Source: a virus
Length of the DNA: 64,000 nt
IMG/VR virus record: IMGVR_UViG_3300037843_000280
Span: 1 to 64,000 of that record
Reading direction: 5' to 3' (one strand)
Numbering within the stretch: the stretch's first letter is position 1; every line of letters begins with the position of its first letter. The translations under genes and the position numbers were made by a program. Positions 17,801 to 28,200 of the stretch are shown piece after piece. The notes below the pieces were generated by a model. The model had not been told where the DNA came from. It made no database searches and was given only the letters and a program-made list of their open reading frames with translations.

Positions 17801-19977
17801 CCGAGGAGGTCGAACTGCTCATTGATAAGGTTCTGCGTATTCTGCGGCGACAGACCGTAGGCGCGTGCGATCTGCTGCTTGTACGGGCTGGACTGGAACG
17901 GGTCTGACAGACCGTTACCGCTTGCATTGTCAACCTGCGAGATGGCCGAGATCGAAGTGGACACGCGTGCGAACCATTCTCGAACGGACATGTTCGCGGC
18001 TTCGATGGAAAACGGGTCGATGAAGATGTCGCGAATCTCGGAGCGCGGCGACAGGTCGAGGTTCGGAAGCTGCTTGTTGATCTGCGCGATGAGGCGTCCC
18101 GCGATGTCTTCCTTGCGTTGGAGCACCGGGAAGTCGGTCGGATTTGCAACCTGAAGGTTGACGTAACCACAAAGCAGCGGACCATTCTCGACAGACTCAT
18201 ACACAATGTTTGTAGTCGGGTCTTGGATAACCGTCGAAAACATCGCGTAAAACGTGGTTGCATTGATAGTGGAGAACGGGATGTCTACCGTGCTATAGTT
18301 CGTCAGCATCGAGGTGTTCGCCGTCGATGTCGTGCTGGTCGAGATGACGCTGGTGGCTATGCCATTGTCTCCGATGGAAGCGAACCCGATGTCGCTAGGG
18401 TTGCTGTAGTTCGCGTGTGTGAAAGCTGCCGTGAAGTAGAACGGACTGGCTGTCGCCACGACCAAGACCTGGCCGTTCAGGAAAGGCTCGGCAGTGCCGC
18501 TGATGACGACCTGTTGACCGATGGTATAGCTGTTTGTCGCTGTCACCGTGAGGATGTTACCCGAGACTTGAGTCGCGGTGATCGAGTTACCATAATTTTC
18601 GGCAGTAAACAGCGACGTAAACCCGGACGGGGTCGCTGCCAGGATTGTCAAGCTCTCGCCGTTCAGGAAAGTCGCGTTGACTAGGCTTTCGACATTCACC
18701 ACCATGCCAGGAACGAAGCTATTCCGCGCTGTGATGGTAGCGAGGTTGTTTGCAAGCACAACATTCGAGATGATCGCAGTCGGCACGTTGACCGATGTGT
18801 TCGAGGACGACGTGATGACCGTCTCGGCAGAACTGGAGATCGCGGTCACGAGGTCTCCATACTGCGTGAACGGCGGGTTCACGCCAGCCGAGTCGGTGGA
18901 AATCTGCACCCTGACGCCGATGAAACCTGGATAGTCCGGGGTCACCCATTGCAGAGTGCAGTTACTTTGGTCTTTCAGCGCGGAGATGCCGGACGGCGGT
19001 GCGATGGCGACCGAGAGATTGCTCTGCGCGAACAGCAGAGAGAATCTGATCGTGGGGGTTACCGCCTGCGACCCGATGTTAGCCCACACAAGCTGGTTGT
19101 CCAGCGTGGCCGCCTGCACCGTTCCCGAATCGGAAGCGGCGGCATAGTTCGCCTGGGTGATCGGAGCGGTGAATTCTGTCGGGTCTGCGAAAGACACCGT
19201 GACGACCTGACCGTTCAGGAACGAGGCGTTGACGAAGCCCGTGAGATACACGGACTGTCCCGTGGAAAAACTATTGGCGCAATTTACCGTGAGGAGATTG
19301 CCCGATATGCTGACGCTCGTGCCGACAGTCGGCGACAGCCTGCTCCACCTGGGCTGCGGCACCGCGCTGCCCGTGTCCGCGCTGTTCGTGTAGTTGTTGG
19401 CAACGAGCGTCGCCGTAAAGCCAATTTGGTTCCCGCCTGAGGTGATAAGTGCAGCTACCAGCACAGTCTGACCGTTGAGCGCGGCTTCAGCCGTTCCCGT
19501 AAGGACAACCGGCTGCCCCACGGCAAAAGTGTTGGAGCACGTCACGGTGAGGACGTTGCCGACGACAGACGTGGCTGTGATCACCGACCCCGTCGAAGAG
19601 GACGTCCCAGACCCGGTGGATTGCACCACGACTTCCACGTTGCCGTTCGGGTCGGCGAACCTCTCGCTCATAGAATAGTTGGTGCCCGGCTCCCACATGG
19701 ATGCTGGGTCATAATTGCGTCCGATGATCGTGACATTGGTCTCCAGCACCGAGGGGGCCAGCGGAATGGACTGGGCAAATTGATTGTTGGCTCCGACGAG
19801 CGAGAACGTGTCGATGGCGTAGGAAGTGTTGTAGATTCCCACCTCGACTCGGGTCGTGTTCGTGTCGGCGTTGACCACGAGGGGTAGGACGGACGAGTCA
19901 ATAGAAATCACGCTCGTTCCGGTCGGCAGAACCGGGATCACCAGTTGAAGGGGCGTTAATGTTGACGATGGTGCCAT
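14875..19977 (-). CDS. Giant fibre-like structural protein (1700 aa), S/T/N/V-rich with at least 5 FLNGQ repeats
   Basis: ORF track. Contains repeats LTGTAEAALNGQTVLVA..., FLNGQVVTVS..., FLNGESLTI..., PFLNGQVLVVA... and ILNGQTVVIG... TAATG overlap to its neighbour. Confidence 0.65.
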   Translation of the reverse strand: MAPSSTLTPLQLVIPVLPTGTSVISIDSSVLPLVVNADTNTTRVEVGIYNTSYAIDTFSLVGANNQFAQSIPLAPSVLETNVTIIGRNYDPASMWEPGTNYSMSERFADPNGNVEVVVQSTGSGTSSSTGSVITATSVVGNVLTVTCSNTFAVGQPVVLTGTAEAALNGQTVLVAALITSGGNQIGFTATLVANNYTNSADTGSAVPQPRWSRLSPTVGTSVSISGNLLTVNCANSFSTGQSVYLTGFVNASFLNGQVVTVSFADPTEFTAPITQANYAAASDSGTVQAATLDNQLVWANIGSQAVTPTIRFSLLFAQSNLSVAIAPPSGISALKDQSNCTLQWVTPDYPGFIGVRVQISTDSAGVNPPFTQYGDLVTAISSSAETVITSSSNTSVNVPTAIISNVVLANNLATITARNSFVPGMVVNVESLVNATFLNGESLTILAATPSGFTSLFTAENYGNSITATQVSGNILTVTATNSYTIGQQVVISGTAEPFLNGQVLVVATASPFYFTAAFTHANYSNPSDIGFASIGDNGIATSVISTSTTSTANTSMLTNYSTVDIPFSTINATTFYAMFSTVIQDPTTNIVYESVENGPLLCGYVNLQVANPTDFPVLQRKEDIAGRLIAQINKQLPNLDLSPRSEIRDIFIDPFSIEAANMSVREWFARVSTSISAISQVDNASGNGLSDPFQSSPYKQQIARAYGLSPQNTQNLINEQFDLLGEGAGLTRLGSEQATVVLTFYTYQQPTSSITIPEGATVSTVPDSATSALVFTTQGQGTINIANLASFFNSNAGWWGVSVPAQCTQPGSVGNVGAGTIRQTVSGVPSGINVTNLVGAQFGQDQESNSAFAARIQARKFTGNDSSSANGYLVTALSTPGVISAQVVAAGDLYMLRDWDPTRLKHVFGAVDIYARGTTFSQQDEFVPFSYANNGVYGTTNTYSTLAYIGSNTFQIANYNTLAFPPYDGVELFVSRSSNSFYLSLDRAQFNVTTGQIILNNGDIAYQYVGNSVTQAKVPLLLNGVPATNQAALAALSGASTGTYSFALFMRLASPFLHVPALQPVLQVYSVTGSATESGVLPSSDVTLIHTSDFLLYGGSNDAGDIVQVLLTSAPTQSTVTIGPLTAPTLIDIGMNQPLGPNGVPLNVLSVRSLDLSTLYQFGTDYSIVAYGPYREYGIQPLTSSVTLTQLQIVNNVLTVTVPNDFGVGATVQLSGIVDPTFASILNGQTVVIGTASPTQFTATFHFANTGPTLTSGVVTGSAIQAGQQVIVSYNEYVLYERLSFVSGESQVLSGTLPTTLDNDGFVQNTWLPQSYSTGVFNSSQANTSNLPAVPPFSFNPLALILDGWNGNFGNDGGLDVVGSATFDPSGLVGNQIPYASRYIKVVYYNGVSNVVMKENIDFTLTVDPVSGSATLARILTGRIPDGGTVSVSYFVTETFTVSTQYPTFVELLANTIAQTKSAAADVLIKAEIANDVDITMTVTLDANANAATVDPVIRTAINVVLDNSSTTLYQSELVSQVQAITGVQSVELPLIKCAKSNGSYDIGIVIPTGTVWTQTNTSNNAWISTNSVLPDSTIPTGGEPTAIVDLLYQGQVFRRATSLLDFQTNSPAVPHLAVAPGVVNASPGSFYIYGTDDPVNSGKVALTIPLDVPTPAQLSFFVTYQVFNEGGAKDVTVSPTEYLAPGTITINYVSNPTS

Positions 19978-20771
19978 TAGCCGTTCATCCTAAGAGTAAA
20001 TCCCAAGGGCGCGGACTGCCCGCTGTAGTTGGACACTGTCGCGCTGACCCTCACGACGGTGGGGTCTTGCTGGTCGATCACCGCCGTCACGTTCACGATG
20101 TCCTTGAGAATCTCCTGCGGGTCTAGGTTCTGCACGGTGCTTTGCGCCTGCTGCACTTTCTGCATGTTGGTCAGGGCGTTGACGACCGCCGTCTGTATGT
20201 CCGTGTCTGTGATCTGAATACCGAGTTTGCGACCAATATAGCTCTTTACGGCGCAGACGAAGGTCGGGTAGAACGGGCAGCGGGAGGTGAGAATCCATTT
20301 CAATGCCTTCTGCGCCAGCTTAGTGGTCTGCGTGACCTCCGCGAGCGGGTCGGCTCCGACGCCCAGCTTGACGTCGTTGAGATACCCCGTGGCGCTGCAC
20401 TTCAGGCAGTAGTCCTGCACGGACACGTAGGAGACCTCGATCAGCGGCAGCACCAGCCTCACGGGGTTGTTGAAAACAATTTTATAAAAGATGTTGTCGG
20501 TCGTGAGGTCGATGCGGTCCGGGTCAAGAACCACCTGCCAGCCGTAAACCGGATCGCTCGAATAGACCTGCTCGCCGTGAATCCATATCTGCACCAGGGA
20601 CGCGCCGTTGATCGGGGCACGCTGGTTGATGCTCGGCATGCCTGCGTAGTTGAGGGTGCGGAAGTCGTTCTGGTTGACGACATAGCGCTCGAACCACTGA
20701 TGGTGGTCGCACGCGCCGATGGGAAGTTGACTCATCGGGTCGAACATCAGGATGTTGTAATCGAAGCTCAT
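19977..20771 (-). CDS. Structural protein (264 aa; start trimmed to MSFDYNIL)
   Basis: ORF track 19977..20846. The internal ATG overlaps the upstream TAA as TAATG. Confidence 0.5.
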   Translation of the reverse strand: MSFDYNILMFDPMSQLPIGACDHHQWFERYVVNQNDFRTLNYAGMPSINQRAPINGASLVQIWIHGEQVYSSDPVYGWQVVLDPDRIDLTTDNIFYKIVFNNPVRLVLPLIEVSYVSVQDYCLKCSATGYLNDVKLGVGADPLAEVTQTTKLAQKALKWILTSRCPFYPTFVCAVKSYIGRKLGIQITDTDIQTAVVNALTNMQKVQQAQSTVQNLDPQEILKDIVNVTAVIDQQDPTVVRVSATVSNYSGQSAPLGFTLRMNG

Positions 20772-21859
20772 TAGCTGCTGATTTCCTTCAAATCCACAGA
20801 CCCGCCTGTGCCAGCGGGGGCAGAGGTCATCTGCTCGATCTCCCACTGCGTAGGGATGTCAAGCTGGTGCACGCGAAACCTCGGCTGCGTGGTTCCTGCC
20901 GGGTAGACGTCCGTTTGGTCGTTCACTAGAACAGCTTCGTATTCCGGTTGGCTGAAATAGCCGTTTATGCGGGTGATGAGGCTCTCCACGGTGTTATCTT
21001 TATCGGTGAACTGTGTAGGGTTCATCGCTTGGTATGCCTTTTCCGCCTTATCTTCCGCCTTTTCAATGATGTTGCGGAGATAGTTCATGGCGAACACACC
21101 TTCGTCTTGTCGCTGGAACTGCTCCTTCATGTAGTCCTTGATCTGGTACGTGGCGACCATCGGAAGCTGGTCGTCGCGGTACGGGTAGTTGAAGGCTCCC
21201 TGAGAACCGGGCTTCCACGGCTCCTTCTTGAAAGTTGGAGCTAACGCCTCGTCGTTCAGCGTAGAGTAGAACTGCTCAAGCACGCCGGCCGTCTTGCGGA
21301 GCACGGCGGCACGAATCTGAAAGTGCTGCTGGAGCGCGGGGAAATTATTTTCTCGCGCCCGGACCCACGCGTTGAACGCGTTCTGCTGCGTCTTCGAGAA
21401 GTGCCCCAAAAAGTTAAACGGAGGTCCCGTGTAGCCGTATACGTACCCATTAGGACCCAGAGACGTCTGCGGGTTAGAGATTGGGTTAAACGAAACCGGC
21501 ATCATGGAGTACGCCGAGGAGCTACCGCCCGAACCGGGGGGTAGGTATTGAGCGTAAGCCCCGTTTTTGTAAGTTGACCACGGGGTGAATGAGTACCCCG
21601 CCGCCTTGTATATGGCGTAAGCGGCCTGGGCGTTGGTCAGCGGGTTCATCAACTGCGCCGCCGTGTACTGCGGGTGGGCTACCAGGTTAATTTGCCAGAG
21701 ACCGACCGAACCTCCCGGCGTCAAATTCAAGTCCCCGACAGCCGCAGGGTTGCCGCTGGACTCGGCCTCGGCGATTGCAGCAGCAGTGTTTATATCCGAC
21801 CCTTGGAAGCCCGCTTGCTGGGCGAGTTGTCTTAGACTGTCCTGCGTCAAGTCAATCAT
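20771..21859 (-). CDS. Lytic transglycosylase (SLT) domain protein (362 aa; start trimmed to MIDLTQDS)
   Basis: AIAEAESSGNPAAVG...GLWQIN motif. The first 125 aa of ORF-track 20771..22273 are Arg-rich frame junk. GAGGA RBS before the trimmed ATG. Confidence 0.6.
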   Translation of the reverse strand: MIDLTQDSLRQLAQQAGFQGSDINTAAAIAEAESSGNPAAVGDLNLTPGGSVGLWQINLVAHPQYTAAQLMNPLTNAQAAYAIYKAAGYSFTPWSTYKNGAYAQYLPPGSGGSSSAYSMMPVSFNPISNPQTSLGPNGYVYGYTGPPFNFLGHFSKTQQNAFNAWVRARENNFPALQQHFQIRAAVLRKTAGVLEQFYSTLNDEALAPTFKKEPWKPGSQGAFNYPYRDDQLPMVATYQIKDYMKEQFQRQDEGVFAMNYLRNIIEKAEDKAEKAYQAMNPTQFTDKDNTVESLITRINGYFSQPEYEAVLVNDQTDVYPAGTTQPRFRVHQLDIPTQWEIEQMTSAPAGTGGSVDLKEISS

Positions 21860-21879
21860 AGGGGTTGGTCCTCGACACC

Positions 21880-24747
21880 TTAGGAGACGACGCCTTTCAG
21901 CCTGAAGGCTACCGTGTTTCCAGCGACATCGACGCTGCCAGACCACACCGGGCTGTAGCTCCCGGTTGCGCTCACCACCTGATAAGCCAAGGCGTCCCCT
22001 ATGCCGTCTTCCGCCGACGCTTCGACACCGATCAAGATAAAGCCCGCTGGCGTGGATGGGACGGAAGTCTCTATTCCCATGTTGCTGAAGATCACATCGT
22101 TTGCGTTGCTTGTGGAAATCGTGCCTGAGGAAATCGAAGATTGCCCCCCAGAGAAGGACGTGGAAGCCGAGGCATCCACGACAGCCGGGGATAGCAACCC
22201 GGCCATTTCCGCCGCCACGGCGGCGATGACCGAATTGAAAGATATGCCGGGGAAAGTCATCGTGATCGTGCAACTTCCTCCCGTCGTCACATTGGCGTAA
22301 TAGAAATCGGTGTTCCAGGTAATGCTGTTGGTAGCCCGAGTCACCAAGGTATAGGTGTTCCCCAAGTTATCGTTGATTGTCTGCCCTGACTGGCTGTAAT
22401 CGAATTCGGTGACGCCGAGAATGATGGTGTCCCCGACAGCGATGGGTCTTGGGAAAGAGACAGTGAGGGTGCTCGACGTCCCGTTTGCAACAGCGCCCTT
22501 CGCGACCTGGACAGGGGTCGCGCTGTACGTTGTGACAGTTTGGAACGTGTATGTCGTCGCGCTGAAGTAGGTCGTGCTCAGACCGCTGACTGTGTCCGTT
22601 GCGCTGAAGCCGAGAAGATCGGTGTTGCCTCCGGGCTGATCAGGCGGGACGAACGTTTTAGTGAACGTGCTAAAGTACACGGTCTGTCCGCTGACCGTGC
22701 CCGCAGTCGGCCCGCTTAGCCGCGTGCCCGCCCCGATGAGCACGGCGGGCGACCCGGAAATCGTGTTCTTGTAGTAGAAGTTCATCGTCATCGGGTTGTT
22801 GTCGAATGTGTACGCGGTGCCGGTAAGCGTCACGTTGCTGCCCGTGGTGAGCGATGTCGTGTTCGGGTTGGTCGAGAACGAGTACGCCACCGGGGGCGAG
22901 AATCCCAGCCCGGTTGTCGAAACAGTCTTCGACTGATTGGAGAAGTACGTCACGGGACCGTGGATCGTGAACGCCGTGCCATTCAGGTAGTCCAAGAAGC
23001 CGGTCAGGCTCATCGTCAAGTTGAAGCTGCCGTTGGTTTCGGACACCGGCACGGTGATGGGCACGGTGTACCCCGTGAGAAAGCCAGAAGTATTGAGTTG
23101 CTGCGCGATGCTGCCCGTCGCGATGGTAGTGCCGCCGTTTGAGGTAAACGAAGCGGTCACGTTGTTGTTTGTCTTGCCGCCCGCGCCGATCTGCTGCGGG
23201 GACATCGGCTCGGTCAGCGTGACCGTGAACACGTGTTGGTTGCCGTCAGCGGGCACGCTCGTCGGCGAGACAGTGTATCCGCTGGGGTTGACCATGTAGT
23301 CCACCTCGACGCCAAACGAGATGCCTCCCGGTCCGCCCGGCGACGCCGGGGCGAACGTGTCGTAGTTTTTGTTGACGGAGTCGAACCATGCAATGTCTTC
23401 CGCCGTGACGGTAAGCTGCGTGGACGCCGCGATGCCTGCCGGGAACGGGGTGCCGCTGTACTTAAGGCTGAACTGCCCGTCACTTGCGTCATTGTACACG
23501 ACGTTGAGGAGGCTCTGCGTGTTTCCGCTGAGCTTGAACACCGTAGTCGCCGCAGTCGGCTTGTCCACTGGCTGACCGTTGTAGGTCTGGAAGTTGAAGA
23601 CGTGGGTCGGGTCGTTATAGATGAACAGCTTTCCGGTCGTACCCTCCAGCAGCGGGATGTACTGCTTATTCGGGTACACGATGCCGCTCACGTTGACGTT
23701 CAGAGTCATCTGATTGCCTTGAATCTGCGTGTTTGGCTGCGCGAGGCTCAACTGCAAGTTGCCCGCAGGCGTCGTCGCCGGGGGAGCGGGCTGTAAAGCG
23801 ACCGGCTTGATGACGCCGCCAGACTCGCCGTTGCCGGAAGCGGGAGGGATGGCGCTCGCGCCTGCGGCGTAAGTCCACTGGAAAAACGTCTGGCTGTCAG
23901 CGTTGTTCACGAACCACGCCAGGAACGGATAGATGCCGGGGGCCGGGAAGTTGACGTACACGTAGTCCGTTGGCTGGACTTCCACAGCCGCAGTGTTGCG
24001 CGTGCCCAGCAAAGGCCACGGGCCGACTCCGGCAAGCGAGGTGCCTGTCGTCGCAGCGGAAGCAGTGCTGGGGGAAACCGGGGAACCCGTGGTGAAAGCG
24101 CCGGACACGTAGCTTGCGCCACCGCCGATATAGAGCGCCCAACTATCGTCAACGAGGAAGTAGAACGTTTCGATACCGCTCTGGGCGACTACGATCTGGC
24201 CTTGGAGAAACGTGACGAAAGAGCCGTCGCCCTGTGCGCCTTGCCCCCAGCCTAGCACCGACCCGAGAGAGGTCAGCGCGGTGCCGTCCGACTTGACGTC
24301 GTCCAGGAGCGGCGGGACGTGTTTGTATTGCCCCGAGTTTCCGTCATCTGTGGTAAGCCCGGTGATCGGAACTCCGTTTCCCACAGCGCCGTTTGTGTAG
24401 ACTTGGTTGATGACGACGGTGTTCTTGCCCGTCAGAATGGGGGGAAACGCTGCTCCGACGCCGTGCCATGTGGGGTTCTCGCCGGGGTTCGCGTACCCGG
24501 CGATGGTCACGTTGCTGGCGAGGGACACAGTGCCGTTCGTTGGCTGCCATGCCACGAAGGCGCTGTTCGAGGTGTAGAGGGTGCTGGCAATGGTCGCCGT
24601 CGCGACGAGCGTGTCCTGACCGCTGTTCACGCCTGTGAAGGTGAAGCTGGTCGAGCCACTGCCCGTGGTCGGATCGACATTGACCGAAACCGTCTTGGTC
24701 TGCGGGTTGGCCCCGGTTGTCGTAATCTGTATGGTTTCAGTAGGCAC
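21880..24747 (-). CDS. Large structural/fibre protein (955 aa), GTG start
   Basis: ORF track. T/S/G-rich. Confidence 0.55.
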   Translation of the reverse strand: MPTETIQITTTGANPQTKTVSVNVDPTTGSGSTSFTFTGVNSGQDTLVATATIASTLYTSNSAFVAWQPTNGTVSLASNVTIAGYANPGENPTWHGVGAAFPPILTGKNTVVINQVYTNGAVGNGVPITGLTTDDGNSGQYKHVPPLLDDVKSDGTALTSLGSVLGWGQGAQGDGSFVTFLQGQIVVAQSGIETFYFLVDDSWALYIGGGASYVSGAFTTGSPVSPSTASAATTGTSLAGVGPWPLLGTRNTAAVEVQPTDYVYVNFPAPGIYPFLAWFVNNADSQTFFQWTYAAGASAIPPASGNGESGGVIKPVALQPAPPATTPAGNLQLSLAQPNTQIQGNQMTLNVNVSGIVYPNKQYIPLLEGTTGKLFIYNDPTHVFNFQTYNGQPVDKPTAATTVFKLSGNTQSLLNVVYNDASDGQFSLKYSGTPFPAGIAASTQLTVTAEDIAWFDSVNKNYDTFAPASPGGPGGISFGVEVDYMVNPSGYTVSPTSVPADGNQHVFTVTLTEPMSPQQIGAGGKTNNNVTASFTSNGGTTIATGSIAQQLNTSGFLTGYTVPITVPVSETNGSFNLTMSLTGFLDYLNGTAFTIHGPVTYFSNQSKTVSTTGLGFSPPVAYSFSTNPNTTSLTTGSNVTLTGTAYTFDNNPMTMNFYYKNTISGSPAVLIGAGTRLSGPTAGTVSGQTVYFSTFTKTFVPPDQPGGNTDLLGFSATDTVSGLSTTYFSATTYTFQTVTTYSATPVQVAKGAVANGTSSTLTVSFPRPIAVGDTIILGVTEFDYSQSGQTINDNLGNTYTLVTRATNSITWNTDFYYANVTTGGSCTITMTFPGISFNSVIAAVAAEMAGLLSPAVVDASASTSFSGGQSSISSGTISTSNANDVIFSNMGIETSVPSTPAGFILIGVEASAEDGIGDALAYQVVSATGSYSPVWSGSVDVAGNTVAFRLKGVVS

Positions 24748-25283
24748 TATTCGTTACCCCATCTTTTATTTGCCATGCGACGAGCTTGCTCTCTACCTTC
24801 GGGGGAAGACATCCGAAACTTTGTCTTTTGTTGCACTTTGACTATATGTTCCGCGCCCAACTTGATCCCACGTCTTGGATGCGTTCTGTGCTTTTTCCCG
24901 GCTGTATGCGTATTTCCCATCATGCGCTGCCGTGCAGCCTCTTTCCACTCATCTGTATGTGTGTAACCAACGGCATTCTTGTTACCCGGTGATGCGCCGT
25001 CGCCTCCCAGCGTCATGTTGTAGCCGTACTCTAGTTTATGGGACTGATACAGAATGATGAAGAAAGTTTCCATCGCGTTGAGTTCATCGAAAGATTTCGC
25101 TTCGTGGAGAGTATTAGTCTCGAACGCTTCAGCGCCATGCTTACGAATGGCTCTGTGGAAATAAAGTCTGCTACCCTTGTGTACCGCCCTAAGGTGCTCC
25201 TTCCATCTTGCGGTCAAAGTATTCTCTGTCTTACCGATGTATACCTTACCGTTGATTTTGTTCGTCGCTTTGTAAATAACCAT
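24747..25283 (-). CDS. GIY-YIG homing endonuclease (trimmed start MVIYKAT; TAG stop)
   Basis: IYKATNKINGKVYIGKTENTLTARWKEH motif. Starts 9 nt after the stop of the upstream giant gene. Confidence 0.65.
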   Translation of the reverse strand: MVIYKATNKINGKVYIGKTENTLTARWKEHLRAVHKGSRLYFHRAIRKHGAEAFETNTLHEAKSFDELNAMETFFIILYQSHKLEYGYNMTLGGDGASPGNKNAVGYTHTDEWKEAARQRMMGNTHTAGKKHRTHPRRGIKLGAEHIVKVQQKTKFRMSSPEGREQARRMANKRWGNE

Positions 25284-25291
25284 AATGTCTC

Positions 25292-28200
25292 TTAGCTGAG
25301 CAATTGCGTCGGGAAAGACCCGGAGGATGGCGTCACGATCAAGTTGCCGTCCGTGTAGACCTTCCACTTAAAAACTGCCGTAGCCTGAACACCGGAATCC
25401 GTTACCGACACCACCAAGTCGTTGTCGCCCGGCGACCCGGCGTTGAACGGGCCGAGCAGCGGGATAAGCGCCGTCCTTGTCCCCGTGTTCAACTGGATGG
25501 TGCCCACCGAAAGCGCGGAGTTGCTCAACGAAACCTGAATGGTGCTCGTGGAGGTGCTGACCACGTTCGTGGCGACCACGTAGAAGGACAGGTTGGGAGC
25601 GGGGTTGATCGTCGCCACGTTCCCGGCGTCCACGTAACCAAGGTACGTGGTGCTTGTCCCGTCCTCGAAGTCGATTCCAGTCTGAAGCGCAAGACCGACT
25701 CCCACGGTCACCGTGAACGTCTGGTCAGAATAGGCATTAAGCGTGTCAACCACGCGGAAGAGCACGGACTTGTTGTATCCCGACTGGGTCGTTATGCCGC
25801 TCACCAGACCGCTAGACGAGACCCCGATGCCCACCGGCAGCGAATTCGTGTTGTTCGGCGAAAGCTGGAACGTGTACGGCGTGTTCGCGCTACCCGTCGC
25901 CGTAAGCTGGTAGCTTTCCGATATCCCCGAGACAATCGGGATTGTGAATGGCGAGTTGGTGAAATGCAGACCGGACGGCTGCGACGTGATCGAAAGAGTC
26001 TGGGTCGTGAATGTTGCGGCGACACTGTCCGTCACCGTGAAAGTGAACGTGGCCGGGTTAGGGCTGAAATTGGCCGGAACGGTGCCCGTAATGAGACCGC
26101 TGCTCGCCAGCGACAGGTTCGGAGCCGTTCCGTTCATGGGCGATGGGGTGCTCGTGAATGTGTACGGTGCGACCCCTCCGGTCGCCACAAGCTGCACGCC
26201 CAGAGCGGACGGTCCGTACTGCCCGCCAGCGATGAGTGCGTTGGGCAGCGTATTGCCGATGAACGAGTTGATGACTGTCCCGGACGCGCCGTCCTTCCAC
26301 CCGACAATGGTCAAAGCAGTGTTGGGGACGACAGTCGAGATGCGGTGATACACGTAGGCGTGCTGACCAGTTGTGGATGTGCACGAGAACCAGCAGTCGA
26401 AATAACCCGCTTCGATAGGCGTGCCAGAAATAGTGATGTTGTTGCTGCTGGCCCCGACTGTAAGACCACGAGGCAGCACTCCGTACAACAGAGAGGCGGA
26501 TTGTAGTGAAACTCCCACTGGCGCGGTGAACGCAGTAGCGCCATTGTACGGGGAGCCGACAGGCTGTACGTCAACCACGTTGTCGATAAGCTGGAACGCG
26601 CTTTGGTACAGCGCCCAGTTGATCGTCGCCGTGCCGTGAACATTGCCCCCCGCGTCTATGTATTGGACCACGGTGGGCGTGCTCTGCGTGCCGACCAGCG
26701 TGCCGTAGATCAGGCCCGTGTTAGCGTCGAGCGACAGACCCGGAGGCAGGGTGGACGGAACAACCACCCGCGCTGTCAAGGGCGTGAAGAACGGACTTCC
26801 AGTGCCGCTGAGGGGGCCAAGCTGCGGGGCGTTGTAGTAGGACTTGCGCGGGTTGGTGCCGACCCCGTCGCCCGTTATATATGGATGCGGATACGCAACG
26901 ATGGTTCCGATGTCCCCGGTTGCGATAGCGACTACGGACGATTCCCCAATGGCGTTCGCATTAGCGAGCGTCAATGTGCCCACTGTGGAAGCCGTGCAGA
27001 GAAAATAGCCATTGTTTTGTGTTGGGTTGGTAACAAACCCGGTGACTGAGAACGAATACCCGGCGAAAGCGTTGTTCGCGCCGCCGATGATGTTTCCGGT
27101 GTAGACGGCTGTTGTACCCACCGAAGCCGCCACATGAGTCAGGTTGTAAGTCGCAGGGTCGTTGTGCGCCAGCGACGTGTACTCACGGGAAATGCTTTCG
27201 CTGCCCGACACTGCGGGGATGTAAGTTGTGACGGCGTTCGCGAACGGCTGCGGCGTAATCACGATGGCAGTTCCAGGTTCGGAGGGATTGCTGTAGTCGC
27301 CGATGGAGAACAGCGTCGTGAACGAAGTCGAGGGTCCGGACGGCGGGTTGTCCACGGTAGAGACTTGAAAGAGTCTTTGAGTGTTGATCGTTGCTTCTGC
27401 CGTACCTTGGATGTATACCTGCTCCGCGTTCGTGGGGGGAAATGGGGCAGGGGCAGCAGTAAACGTGTTGAGCGCGTTGACTGAAACGATACCTCCCGTT
27501 GCCGCTGTTGCCGTGATCTGCGAATAGGTCGCCACGCCGCTCGGGTTGTTCAAAGTCAGGGTCGTAGTCGTGGACGCCACGCACATGAACGTGCCGTTGT
27601 TCGCGGGGTTTAGGAATCCGGTGACGGTGAACTGCGCGTTTTGGAAAGCGTTGCTCACCGACTCAGGCTGGGGGGTCGCGTAAGTATAGACGGTGTTGCC
27701 GCCAGAGTTCTGCGCGGCATATGCGAACGCAAGCTGCTGGTTGACCTGCATCAGGACGCGGGTCTGCGCGTTGCCGTAGTACGCATTCGCGATGGCGGCG
27801 TTGTTGCCCGGAGGACCATACCACTCCGAGTCTGGCAACTGCACGACGACCGGGCTTGATAGCGTGGCGGACGTCGGGTCTATCGCCGTTGCGATACCGT
27901 TCCCAAGGAAGACACCCTTGAGAGCCTTGCCCAAAACCTCGGTCGCGGTCGCGGACGGCGGGGAGCCGGTCAGGGTCTCGGCAGCGCCGTATGGGTTAGC
28001 CAGCGTCAGCGTAGTGCCGGTGGACGCCGTGCAAAGGAACGTGCCGTTATTCTGCGGGTTGAGCACGAAGCTTGAGATGACGAAGAACTGCCCGGCATAG
28101 AAGTTCGCGGTCGCATTGAACCCGACCCCAGTGTAGACCGTCGTGCCGGACGATGCGTTGGCGGCTGCGGATAAAGCGAACGCCGATGCTGCCGTCAACA